Assembly (NCBI GenBank): GCA_017609885.1 | Contig: JAFCDB010000006.1 | Coordinates: 1-53,737, forward strand | DNA from: Candidatus Pacearchaeota archaeon | GTDB taxonomy: Archaea; Nanobdellota; Nanobdellia; Pacearchaeales; GW2011-AR1 | Length of the DNA stretch: 53,737 nucleotides | Direction: 5' to 3' | Shown here: positions 34,096 through 44,100 of the stretch, in pieces | Position numbering within the stretch: position 1 is the first letter of the stretch | How the letters are laid out: each line of letters opens with the position of its first letter | Notes under the pieces: generated by a model | Databases searched by the model: none | Told to the model about the DNA's origin: nothing | What the model saw: only the letters and a program-made list of their open reading frames with translations | Program-made: the position numbers and the translations under genes

Positions 34096-35070
34096 TTGTT
34101 CTTTTATTTGTTCCGCTACTGCCTGAATCATAGGAATTGCAACAGAATTTCCAATTTGTCTATAACTCTCTCCATTTGAGCCATTTTTTTTGAAAGAATC
34201 AGGAAATCCCATCAATTTAAAACATTCATTCAGTGTCAATTTTCTTACCTTTCCATTATGATAAATATGATATCTCCCCCCAATTTCCGAAGAAGAAAGT
34301 GTTGGGTGAGTGCCTTCTGAGGAATATATTCTATTACATTGTTTATGAACTCTTGATAAATGTTCGGTATTCGGTCTGGCACCATTTATCCTTATGGGTT
34401 TATCTCTATATCCGACAAAAATTAATCCAGATGATTGTGTTTTTATGTGATTATCATCTATCAAAATATATTCAGAGGGTTCTAAAAATTTCATATCTTG
34501 ATGCTCTTCATCTAAAATATCTTTAATCTTCACGTTTTTCTGAGTCTTATTTATCTTGGAGAAGTCAAATGGTTTCTTTTTTGAAGCAACAATTATTATT
34601 CTTTCCCTATTTTGAGGAACTCCAAAATCTTTCGCATTAAGGATTTCCCACTTTACGAAGTAACCTAATTCTTCTAAGTGTTTTATCATAGTGTCAAGAG
34701 TTCTTTTTTTATTATGGTATTTCAGATTTTTCACATTCTCCAAAAGAAGAACTTCTGGATTTTTCTCCTTTGCAATCCTAAGAATTTCAAAAAAAAGAGT
34801 ACCTCTTGTATCATCAAATCCTTTTTGTAATCCTGCGGAACTAAATGCCTGACAAGGAAATCCACCTGCTAAGATATTATGATTAGGTATCTCTTTTTCA
34901 TTTATTTTTGTTATATCTCCAAATGGTTTCTCTCCAAAATTTCTCTCATAAGTTTTGATACAAGCATCATTTATTTCTGAACTAAAGACACATTTAAATT
35001 CTTGATTTTCTAAAGCGATTCTTACTCCTCCAATACCTGCAAATAAATCTATGAATTTTATCTCATTCAT
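34087..35070 (-). CDS. dcm: DNA (cytosine-5) methyltransferase
   Basis: Contains motif I FIDLFAGIGG, motif IV GGFPCQAFS, motif VI LLENV and motif X QIGNSV. Confidence 0.92.
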   Translation of the reverse strand: MNEIKFIDLFAGIGGVRIALENQEFKCVFSSEINDACIKTYERNFGEKPFGDITKINEKEIPNHNILAGGFPCQAFSSAGLQKGFDDTRGTLFFEILRIAKEKNPEVLLLENVKNLKYHNKKRTLDTMIKHLEELGYFVKWEILNAKDFGVPQNRERIIIVASKKKPFDFSKINKTQKNVKIKDILDEEHQDMKFLEPSEYILIDDNHIKTQSSGLIFVGYRDKPIRINGARPNTEHLSRVHKQCNRIYSSEGTHPTLSSSEIGGRYHIYHNGKVRKLTLNECFKLMGFPDSFKKNGSNGESYRQIGNSVAIPMIQAVAEQIKEQLF

Positions 35071-35714
35071 CTTCCTTCACACCACTCACACGATTTAGTT
35101 GGACAATTTGAATTTAATAACTTTAATGCTTTTTTCCAAACTTTTTCAGCACTTTCAACATCAACTTTCATTTTAATCAAAGAAGTATTAAATATTACTT
35201 CTCCTGTTGCCATTACCTCTTTAGGAACATAGAACAATAAGAAAAAATAATCTTCTGTTTTGTATCCATTTTTTCTTAAAAGAAAATTATAGATATTCTG
35301 CTGTTGTCTATAATGCTCTGCTGTATCCTTCTTTAAGGCATAGCCACGAGTTTTATAATCTAAAACAATTAATTTTTTCCCACTAACTAAAATATTATCA
35401 ACTGCTCCGTGTAATTCGTTTCCTTTTTTATCTGTCCAACTTATTCCCTTAAAATTAGATTGCCATATTTTCAGTTTTTCTTTATCATTAAATAATTTAA
35501 GATTTTGGCATTCTCCATTTTCACATAATTCAGGTGGAAGTTGCCCTTTATCTCTAAATTTATCAAAATGAATTTTTAATATTTTATCCATTCCAGAAGG
35601 TAATGAAGGAAATATTCCTGTAGGTCTTTTCCATACTTTATGCTGTGCTAACCAAAAACAACGAGGACATTCTTTCATTAAGTTTAGTGCCGAAGGCGAT
35701 AATCTAAATTCCAT
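35067..35714 (-). CDS. Cas4/RecB-like PD-(D/E)xK nuclease with a Cys cluster (215 aa from the internal ATG)
   Basis: SPSALNLMKECPRCFWL, VDNIL...VLDYKT, QQQNIY (QxxxY) and CPTKSCEWCEG (Cx5Cx2C) are present. Its stop overlaps the dcm start by 4 nt. The ORF-track N-terminal 30 codons overlap a better zinc-ribbon ORF in another frame. Confidence 0.65.
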   Translation of the reverse strand: MEFRLSPSALNLMKECPRCFWLAQHKVWKRPTGIFPSLPSGMDKILKIHFDKFRDKGQLPPELCENGECQNLKLFNDKEKLKIWQSNFKGISWTDKKGNELHGAVDNILVSGKKLIVLDYKTRGYALKKDTAEHYRQQQNIYNFLLRKNGYKTEDYFFLLFYVPKEVMATGEVIFNTSLIKMKVDVESAEKVWKKALKLLNSNCPTKSCEWCEGR

Positions 35715-35724
35715 TTTATTATAC

Positions 35725-35874
35725 CTATTTTTTATTTTCAGTATTACGGGGTTTATTCCAATAAGGAGATTTACAATTAGGACAGACAACAGGAAGTTCT
35801 TCACTTCTTGTTATCCATTTGTGATTGCACCTCTCACATTGGCACTCATAAACTTTAATTTCCTTTTTTGCCAT
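35725..35874 (-). CDS. Small 4-Cys zinc-ribbon protein (49 aa), hand-called
   Basis: Translation is MAKKEIKVYECQCERCNHKWITRSEELPVVCPNCKSPYWNKPRNTENKK. It is the first gene of the minus-strand operon, and GGTATTTAAAGGAT lies upstream. Confidence 0.4.
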   Translation of the reverse strand: MAKKEIKVYECQCERCNHKWITRSEELPVVCPNCKSPYWNKPRNTENKK

Positions 35875-35998
35875 AAGGATTATTATAATTTATCCTTTAA
35901 ATACCTCACTATACTAATACACTACCATAAAGTTTATAAACTCTATATACCTATAATATATAACTATAAGTAAGTTAATAAACAAAAGAAAGTGAAGG

Positions 35999-36550
35999 GT
36001 GCGTGAACACCCTTCTTTTGTTACCCACGATAAAATGAATAACAATAAAAATAAGAAAGCAGAAGTTAAAAACATTTGCCCATTTTGTAAATCTGAAAAT
36101 GTGATTAAATGGACTAAAAGAAAAACTCAAAATAGGGGTTTAATTCAAAGATATAAGTGTAAAGATTGTAATAAAACATTTACAAAAGATGATGGCTTCT
36201 TTAGAATGAGAAACCATCCAAATAAAATAACTTGTGCTTTAGATTTATTTTATAGAGGTGTTTCTACTCGGAAAGTTCAAGAACACTTTAAAGCATTTTA
36301 TCCTCATAATTCTTCACATAAATCTGTCTATAAATGGGTTATAAAATATTCAGATATGATTTCTAATTTCACAGACAAATTAAAAATTAATTCAGGAAAA
36401 GAAATACAAGTAGATGAAATGGAATATCACAGAAGAGAAGAACACAAGAAAAAAGGAGTTTGTAAGGATTGGTTTATTGATAGTATAGATGTTCAAACTT
36501 GTTTTATGGTTTCTTCTAAATACTTTAAGTCATATCTTTGTTTAAAATAA
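35999..36550 (+). pseudogene. Truncated Zn-ribbon/HTH transposase (IS6- or IS1595-like N-terminal part only)
   Basis: Contains CPFCKSENVIKWTKRKTQNRGLIQRYKCKDCNKTF, an HTH-like stretch (YRGVSTRKVQEHF...SVYKWVIKY) and the first acidic motif QVDEMEY. The ORF ends before the rest of a DDE domain, and no terminal repeats are seen. Confidence 0.45.
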
Positions 36551-36999
36551 TTTACAAAACCTTTAATATTCAGAGAGAAATATTGTCTTTCAAACATCAA
36601 TATTGGTTTTCCATTATCACCAACCCAAATCAAAAAGTTTAATTTTCCTTTAAGATTGTGACAAAGATGTTCATCTTCTTCAAAACCTAATTCCAAAAAC
36701 TCACCTTTTCTTTCTCTACTATAATTTATCTCATCCTCCCCAACAATAAAATATCCAAAATAAAATTTGCCTCCTTGTTCTTCCTCTTTTTTTATGATAT
36801 GAACACTCAAAATATAATCTGAATGATTTTGATAAGTTGGCGATTTATTTTCTGTTTCCAACATAATTTTATCTAATTCTTCTGTCCAATCAAAACTCAT
36901 ATTTGGCTTATCTTTTAAAAGTAAATCATAAAAGTAAAACTTAGTTTGGGTCATAATTTCATCAAGATTTCCCCATTTAAATTCGTTTTGTTTTGTCAT
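36493..36999 (-). CDS. Hypothetical protein (orphan)
   Basis: 168-aa ORF whose 3' end overlaps the transposase fragment by 58 nt. No recognisable motif. Confidence 0.45.
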   Translation of the reverse strand: MTKQNEFKWGNLDEIMTQTKFYFYDLLLKDKPNMSFDWTEELDKIMLETENKSPTYQNHSDYILSVHIIKKEEEQGGKFYFGYFIVGEDEINYSRERKGEFLELGFEEDEHLCHNLKGKLNFLIWVGDNGKPILMFERQYFSLNIKGFVNYFKQRYDLKYLEETIKQV

Positions 37000-37089
37000 T
37001 TTGATATTTCACCAACCGCTAAGGTAACAATACAGGGTTAGCAATAACTTTTTAAATTCTAATTTTGTTTTATGTAAAAGGAGGTTGAA

Positions 37090-37389
37090 ATGAAAAAAGA
37101 AGTTGAAATAAAGAAAGGAAAGAAAGTTGAGGCTGAACCTTGCTGTGAGTATCATAAGTTGAATCCTGTGAAATTTGGAATTGCAGTTGCTGTGATTTGC
37201 GCAGTTTATGGGTTTTTGGTAGTTGTATTTGCAGATAAATTTCCAATGAATGCTGATTTCCTTGAGGAAATTTACGGCTGGCTTGGGTATGGTTCAGGAA
37301 TAAAATCAATTCTTGGAATTATTTATCCTGGGATTGATGGATTTGTAGGGGGTGCTGTGTTTGCGTGGATTTACAATAAATTGCTGTAA
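37090..37389 (+). CDS. Small membrane protein
   Basis: 99-aa ORF preceded by an SD-like AAAGGAGGT. It has two hydrophobic helices and a CCEYH motif. Confidence 0.5.
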   Translation: MKKEVEIKKGKKVEAEPCCEYHKLNPVKFGIAVAVICAVYGFLVVVFADKFPMNADFLEEIYGWLGYGSGIKSILGIIYPGIDGFVGGAVFAWIYNKLL

Positions 37390-37499
37390 TTTACTACTTT
37401 AAATTGATGAATTTGAAAATAGAAAAGTTTAAAAGGTAATTTTATGATGATATTTAGTATTACAAAGTTGTAAAGGTTATCTAAATTTATAATCAACAA

Positions 37500-37706
37500 A
37501 TGCACATCCTCCAGCCAAAACACTTGAAGTTAGCTAAAAAAGAAGAGCAAGAGCTACTTGAAAAACTGAATATTTCTAAAACGCAGTTGCCGAAAATTAA
37601 GTCGTCGGATCCTGCGCTGCCTGAAAATGTTGAAATTGGGAATATTATTAAAATTGAAAGAAAAGAGGAGAATAAAATTAATTTATATTTTAGGGTGGTA
37701 ATTTAA
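37500..37706 (+). CDS. rpoH: DNA-directed RNA polymerase subunit H (Rpo5)
   Basis: The pattern HILQPKHLKL...LPKIKSSDPAL...IGNIIKIERK...YFRVV is present. It overlaps the rpoB start (TAATG). Confidence 0.85.
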   Translation: MHILQPKHLKLAKKEEQELLEKLNISKTQLPKIKSSDPALPENVEIGNIIKIERKEENKINLYFRVVI

Positions 37707-40700
37707 TGGATACTAGTAGCTTAAAATTAAAAGTAAAGGGAAATGAGCACGTAGTTATTCAGAGATATCTTGCTGAAAATTCGCTGGTTGAAAGTAATTT
37801 AACTTCATTTAACAATTTTATTGAAAAGCGAATGCAGGAAATTGTTAATGAAATTTCTAACAATATTATTAATGACGATGATTTGGAAATTAAACTTGGA
37901 AAGATTAAAGTTGGAAAGCCGATAGTTATTGAGTCTGACGGTTCTACAAGTGTTCTGACGCCTGCTGAAGCACGGCTGAGAAATTTGACTTATTCTTCTC
38001 CAATTTATCTGGAGATTTCTACAAAACAGGATGGGCAGATTGAAAATCAAGAGGTAGAGGTTGGAAAAATTCCAATTATGGTTAAGAGCAAGGTCTGTAA
38101 TTTGCATAGTGCGTCGAAAGAAAAACTTATTGAAAATTACATGGACCCGCTTGACAGCGGGGGTTATTTTATTGTAAATGGAAATGAAAGAGTTATGGTT
38201 ATGAAAGAGGACTTGGCTGCAAATATTCCATTTATTGAACCAATTAAGGGAAAGTTAACTTTAAGATTATTTTCTTCAAGAGGAGCTTACAGAATTCCAA
38301 TGACAATTGTTGAAAACAGCAACGGGATTTTAGAAGTTTCATTTAGCAGGTTTAAAAATATTCCTGCAGTTATTTTAATGAAGGCCCTGGGATTAACAAA
38401 GGAAGCAGACATTGCGAAATTTATTGGAAAGGAGACAGACAGTGTGATTGTCAACTTGTATGAATTTGCGAAAGTTTCGTCTAGCGAAGAAGCTATGCTG
38501 GTTATTGCTGAGAACACTTCTGTTCAGGGAACTAAAAAAGAAATTCTTGATAGAATTAAACAGAGGTTGGACTCGTATTTTCTTCCTCACATCGGGCTTT
38601 CAAAAGAAAAAAGAGTTGGGAAGGCAGTTACACTTTGTAAATTGATAAAGCAGTATCTTGAGTTCAAAGAAAATACCGAGGCGAAAGTTGACAAGGATCA
38701 TTATGCGAACAAGAGAGTCAGATTAAGCGGTGACTTGCTGTCAGATCTTTTTAGAGTTAACTTAAATATTCTTGTTAGAGACATTAAGTATTCGCTGCAG
38801 AAAACTCTTCGGAGGAGAAAATTTTTTAGTATTAAGACAATTGCAAAGTCAACGCTTTTCACGCATCGTGTTAAGTCAGCAATTGCAACTGGAAGTTGGA
38901 TTGGTGAGAAAAAGGGGGTAACTCAAAATATGGATAAAACAAATTACATATCAATTTTGTCACAGCTTCAAAAAGTTTCTTCGACATTATCAGATGAGCA
39001 GGCAAATTTTCAGGCAAGAACTTTGCATCCTACACAATATGGGAGATTCTGCCCTATAGAAACGCCTGAAGGAGTTGAGATTGGACTGAGGAAGAATTTA
39101 TCTATTATGGCAAAAATTTCAACGCGGCCTGAGGTGAGCGAGGAAAATATTATAAAAGAATTTGAAAAACTTGAGCTTTCAAAAGAGTCACAGGGAACAG
39201 ATGTATTTTTTAATGGGATATTTATTGGCGCAATTGAAAACTTGAATAAGTTCATAAATGAAGTTAAGGAAAAAAGAAGGAACCATGAAATTCCAAAAGA
39301 GGTTAGTATTGGATTTAATAAAAAAATTGGAGTTGTCACAATTTTTTCAGATACTGGAAGAGTTTTAAGGCCATTAATTATTGTTAACAACGGAGAATCA
39401 AGATTGGGGAAAAATGAAATTGAACAGATAAAAAAAGGAGAGATGAAATGGAAGGACTTGATAAAAAATGGAATTATTGAATATATTGATGCTTCTGAAG
39501 AAGATAATTGTTTTGTTGCACTTCCTGAATCTGAGTTGACTCCTGAGCATACTCATGTTGAAATTGATCCAATTGCGTTTTTAGGTCCAATTACAAGTTT
39601 GGTAAGTTTTGGAAATCACGATCAGTCATCCCGGCTTATTAGAGGGAGCAAGACGCAAAAGCAGGGACTTGGACTTTATGCTGCAAACTATCTTTGCAGG
39701 ATTGACACTGACGTGAGTGTTTTACAGTATCCACAGCAGCCGATTGTGAGAAGTTTTGTCTATGATTCTTTAAATGCTTACCCTGTTGGGCAGAATATAG
39801 TTGTTGCAGTTATGACTTATGAAGGATATAATATGGAAGATGCTTTAGTGATAAACAAATCAAGTGTTGACAGAGGATTTGGAAGGAGTACTTATTTTAG
39901 ACCATATAATTCTGTTGAGTTAAATTATGCAGGAGGACTCAAGGATGAAATTATTATTCCAACAAAAGATATTGCAGGTTACAGAACAGAAGAGTCGTAC
40001 AAATATCTTGAAGATGATGGAGTGATTTATCCAGAGGCAGCAGTTAAATCAAGTGATGTTGTCATTGGAAAAACATCTCCGCCAAAGTTTCTTTCCGAAG
40101 CGCGGGATATAAGTATCAAGGCAAAAAAAGAAGCAAGTACAGTGATAAGGCAGGAAGAAAAAGGAATAATCGACGCTGTTTTTTTAACTTTAGATGAAGA
40201 AGGAAACAAAATTGTGCAGGTTAGAACACGTGATCCAAGAAATCCTGAGCTTGGAGATAAATTTTCAACACCGCACGGACAAAAAGGAGTTATCGGAGCG
40301 ATTGTTTCTGAAGAAGATATTCCATTTAGTTCACGAGGAATAAAGCCCGATTTAATTTTTAATCCTCATGGAATTCCAGGAAGAATGACTGTAGGTTATT
40401 TACTTGAATTAATTTGCGGGAAAATTGGATGTTTAAAGGGAGAAATTATGAACGGGACTTCGTTTTCAAAACAAAATGTTCATAAGCTTGAGTCGCAGTT
40501 AAGTGAATTTGGATTTAGATATGACGGTAAGGAAATAATGTATAATGGAATTACTGGAAAAAGAATGGAAGCGAAAATTTACATTGGGAATATGTATTAT
40601 TTGAAGTTAAAATATATGGTTGCGAATAAAATGCATGCGAGAGCAAGTGGGAAAGTTGCGCTTTTGACACGGCAGCCGATTGAGGGAAGGGCACGAGGAG

Positions 40701-40987
40701 GAGCACTAAGATTAGGAGAGATGGAGCAGCAGGCGCTTGTTGCACATGGGGCAAGCTTGCTTTTGAAAGAAAGATATGATTCAGATAAAACAACTCTTTA
40801 TGTAGCAAAAAAAACAGGGGCTCTTGCAGTTAATGACAAAATCAGAAACAAAATGTACTGTCCGCTGACAGGCGACAATGATGTTGAGCCAGTAGAAGTT
40901 TCTTATGCTTTCAAACTTTTATTAGACGAACTGCTGGCAATGCATATTCATACATCATTAGAAATGAAGGATAAATATGAAGAATGA
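37706..40987 (+). CDS. rpoB: DNA-directed RNA polymerase subunit B (unsplit)
   Basis: 1093-aa ORF containing GYNMEDALVINK, HGQKGV and GEMEQQALVAHGAS. Confidence 0.97.
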   Translation: MDTSSLKLKVKGNEHVVIQRYLAENSLVESNLTSFNNFIEKRMQEIVNEISNNIINDDDLEIKLGKIKVGKPIVIESDGSTSVLTPAEARLRNLTYSSPIYLEISTKQDGQIENQEVEVGKIPIMVKSKVCNLHSASKEKLIENYMDPLDSGGYFIVNGNERVMVMKEDLAANIPFIEPIKGKLTLRLFSSRGAYRIPMTIVENSNGILEVSFSRFKNIPAVILMKALGLTKEADIAKFIGKETDSVIVNLYEFAKVSSSEEAMLVIAENTSVQGTKKEILDRIKQRLDSYFLPHIGLSKEKRVGKAVTLCKLIKQYLEFKENTEAKVDKDHYANKRVRLSGDLLSDLFRVNLNILVRDIKYSLQKTLRRRKFFSIKTIAKSTLFTHRVKSAIATGSWIGEKKGVTQNMDKTNYISILSQLQKVSSTLSDEQANFQARTLHPTQYGRFCPIETPEGVEIGLRKNLSIMAKISTRPEVSEENIIKEFEKLELSKESQGTDVFFNGIFIGAIENLNKFINEVKEKRRNHEIPKEVSIGFNKKIGVVTIFSDTGRVLRPLIIVNNGESRLGKNEIEQIKKGEMKWKDLIKNGIIEYIDASEEDNCFVALPESELTPEHTHVEIDPIAFLGPITSLVSFGNHDQSSRLIRGSKTQKQGLGLYAANYLCRIDTDVSVLQYPQQPIVRSFVYDSLNAYPVGQNIVVAVMTYEGYNMEDALVINKSSVDRGFGRSTYFRPYNSVELNYAGGLKDEIIIPTKDIAGYRTEESYKYLEDDGVIYPEAAVKSSDVVIGKTSPPKFLSEARDISIKAKKEASTVIRQEEKGIIDAVFLTLDEEGNKIVQVRTRDPRNPELGDKFSTPHGQKGVIGAIVSEEDIPFSSRGIKPDLIFNPHGIPGRMTVGYLLELICGKIGCLKGEIMNGTSFSKQNVHKLESQLSEFGFRYDGKEIMYNGITGKRMEAKIYIGNMYYLKLKYMVANKMHARASGKVALLTRQPIEGRARGGALRLGEMEQQALVAHGASLLLKERYDSDKTTLYVAKKTGALAVNDKIRNKMYCPLTGDNDVEPVEVSYAFKLLLDELLAMHIHTSLEMKDKYEE

Positions 40988-41178
40988 AACCAGTAAAAAA
41001 ACACTTTGATGAAAAAGGAAAAGAACAACATAATAATAAATTGGGATCAGATAGTTCAGAATATCTAGACTTGCTTGATTTGTGGAGGATATTTGGAATG
41101 GAGAGTGATCGGAGGAGGATAGAAGTTAATACAGATTATGTTAAAAGTAGAGGAGTGAAATATATCCATGTAAAATGA
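40984..41178 (+). CDS. 64-codon orphan ORF inserted at the rpoB/rpoA junction
   Basis: It starts with the same MKPVKK as rpoA. ATGA overlaps occur at both ends, with the rpoB stop and the rpoA start. The body has no recognisable motif. Confidence 0.35.
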   Translation: MKPVKKHFDEKGKEQHNNKLGSDSSEYLDLLDLWRIFGMESDRRRIEVNTDYVKSRGVKYIHVK

Positions 41179-44100
41179 AACCAGTAAAAAAACAAATCAA
41201 AGCATTGAAATTTAGTTTACTTAGTCCAGAAAAAATTAAGAAACTAAGTGTTGCGAAAATTATAACTCCTGAACTTTATGATATCGATGGCTATCCTGTT
41301 GATGGGGGGTTGATGGACCTTAGATTAGGAGCAATAGACCCCGGTGTTAGGTGCAGGACAGATGGAGCAACAATGCGCGACTGCCCTGGATATCCTGGAA
41401 GCATTAATTTAGCAAGGCCGGTTTTTCATATAAAATATATTCCTATAATCCATACTTTCTTAAGAAGTTTTTGCAGGGAATGCGGAAGAATTTTAGTAGA
41501 TGAAAAAAATATTGAGAAGCTCGGTCCAGCAGACAGATTAAAAAAAGCAAAAGATACAAAAAAGTGTTTTTATTGCAATGCAGTGCAGGAAAAAGTCAAG
41601 TTAGAAAAGCCGTCGAATTTTATGATTGGGAAGAAAAGATTGTTTCCCCCAGAGGTGAGGGAGATTCTTGAAAAAGTCGGCGATGATGATTTAAAATTTA
41701 TTGGAATTAATCCTGAAACTTTTAGGCCAGAACACGCAGTTTTAACTGTGCTTTTGGTTCCGAGTGTTATGATGAGGCCGAGCATTACTTTAGAATCTGG
41801 AGAAAGAAGTGAAGATGATACAACTCACAAACTTGGAGACATTATCCGTTCAAATCAGCGGCTCTGGGAAAATTTGAATGCTGGGGCTCCAGAAGTGATT
41901 ATTGACGATTTGTGGGATTTGCTTCAGTATCATATTACTACATTTTTTGACAATACAATTGCAAGGATTCCTCCTGCGAGGCATAGAAGTGGACAGCCGT
42001 TAAAGACAATAACAGAAAGAATAAAAGGAAAAGAAGGGAGAATCAGGCAGAACCTTGCAGGGAAGAGAGTGAATTTTTCGTCAAGAACAGTAATTTCTCC
42101 AGACCCGTTTTTGAAAATAAATGAAGTTGGAGTTCCCAACGAAATTGCAATGGTGTTGACTGTGAATGAAGAGGTTACAACTTTAAATATAAACCTACTT
42201 AAAAAATTAGTTTTGTCAGATGAATATCCTGGGGCAAATTACATTGTTCGGCCAGACGGCAGAAGAAAGAAAATAACTCAGGAATTGAGACAGGAAATTA
42301 TTGAGGAGCTTCAGCCAGGTTATTTTGTTGAGAGGCATTTGCAGGACGGCGATATTGTATTATTCAATAGACACCCAAGTTTACATAGAGGAAGTTTAAT
42401 GGCTCATTATGTTAAAGTTTTGCCTTACAGAACATTTAGACTGCACCCTGCTGTTTGTTTTCCTTACAATGCAGATTTTGACGGAGATGAAATGAACATC
42501 CACGTTCCTCAAACAGAGGAAGCCAGAGCAGAAGCACGCATTTTGTTAAATGTAAATAATAATTTATTTAGTCCAAAAAACGGCGTCAATCTTATAGGAA
42601 CAATTGCTGATGCTGTTACTGGAAATTACATCTTAGGAAAAAGCCAGGTTGACAAATCTGAAGCGCAGCAACTGCTTTTCAATTTAGGAATGAAAGAGAA
42701 GATAAACAAAGATGTTCAGGGGAAAGATGTTTTTATGAAAATCCTTCCAGAAAAAAACAAATCAATTTTAAATGAAATAACTAAAAATGATCTTACTGAC
42801 AAATATAGCTTTGGTGTTGAAAATGACAAAATCACCAGAGCGATTGACAAGGAAGTTGGAAGGGAAAAGACAATTCAGGCAATTACAAATGCTTTTCAAT
42901 TGGGGACTAATTATTTATCAAGGACAGGATTTACAATTTCAATTGATGATTTGGATGTTGAGGATAAGACAAAAGAGCAGACAAAGCAAATTATTAAAGA
43001 AGGCGAGGAGAAAACTGCAAGAATTATTGATTCATACAATGACAAGACACTTGCAATAATCCCTGGGAAAACAGAGGAAGAGTCGCGGGAGATTAAAATT
43101 CTGCAGATACTTAATGAAATTAGAACTAAAATTGGTAAAATTGTGAAAGAGCAATTTCCTAAAGAGAAGTCTGTTAATAGTATGATTGCGTCAGGTTCTG
43201 GAGGTAATCTTTTGAATATTACACAAATTTCTTGTTCTGTCGGGCAGAAAGTTTTGTTTTCTGAAAGATTTAATTTAGGATATTATAATCGGACGCTTCC
43301 GCATTTTAAAGAAGGAGACCTTTCGCCTCAAGCTAAAGGATTTATTTACTCATCATATATGGACGGTTTGAATCCACATGAGTTTTTCTTTGACGCGATT
43401 ACTGGAAGAGATGGGTTGATGGATACTGCCTTAAGAACTCCGAAGTCTGGGTATTTGTATAGAAGATTAGCAAACGCGCTGCAAGATTTAAGAGTTGAAT
43501 ATGATGGAACTGTTAGAGATGCAATTGGGCAAATTATTCAATTCAAGTATGGAGATGATGGAATTGATGTTTCTAAATTACATTTTGACGGAAAAATTGC
43601 GCCAGGAGAAGCTATTGGAATTATAACTGCTCAGAGTTTTGGAGAACCTTCAACTCAAATGGCGCTCAATGTATTCCACTTTGCAGGAGTTCAGGAAATG
43701 CAGATTACTCTCGGGCTCCCAAGATTAATAGAAATATTTGACGCACGGAAAGAACCTTCAACACCTGCAATGGAAATCCACTTAGACAATGAAAACAACA
43801 ATGAAAAAAATTCCAAAGTGATCGCAGAAAAAATCAAAGAGATTAAACTGGAGGAAATTTTATCTGAAGCTAAAATTAATTTTTCTGACAAGAAAATTGA
43901 ACTTGCTATAAATCCAAAATCAATTAAGAGGTCGCACATGAGCATCAACACAATTGCTGAGAAATTAAAATCAAAAGAGCATAAAGTTTATCTCAAGGAC
44001 CATTCAATAATTGTAAGTGTACCTAATTCTGACTTTAAGGAAATTTATAAATTAAAAGAAAAAATGAAGAGCACAATTATTTCAGGAGTTAAAGGAATTG

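Noticed and set aside
35715-35804. N-terminal 30 codons of the 245-aa ORF-track protein (MKNFLLSVLIVNLLIGINPV...)
   Set aside because: This stretch overlaps, in another frame, a much more convincing 4-Cys zinc-ribbon ORF. The nuclease motifs start right after the internal ATG at 35714.
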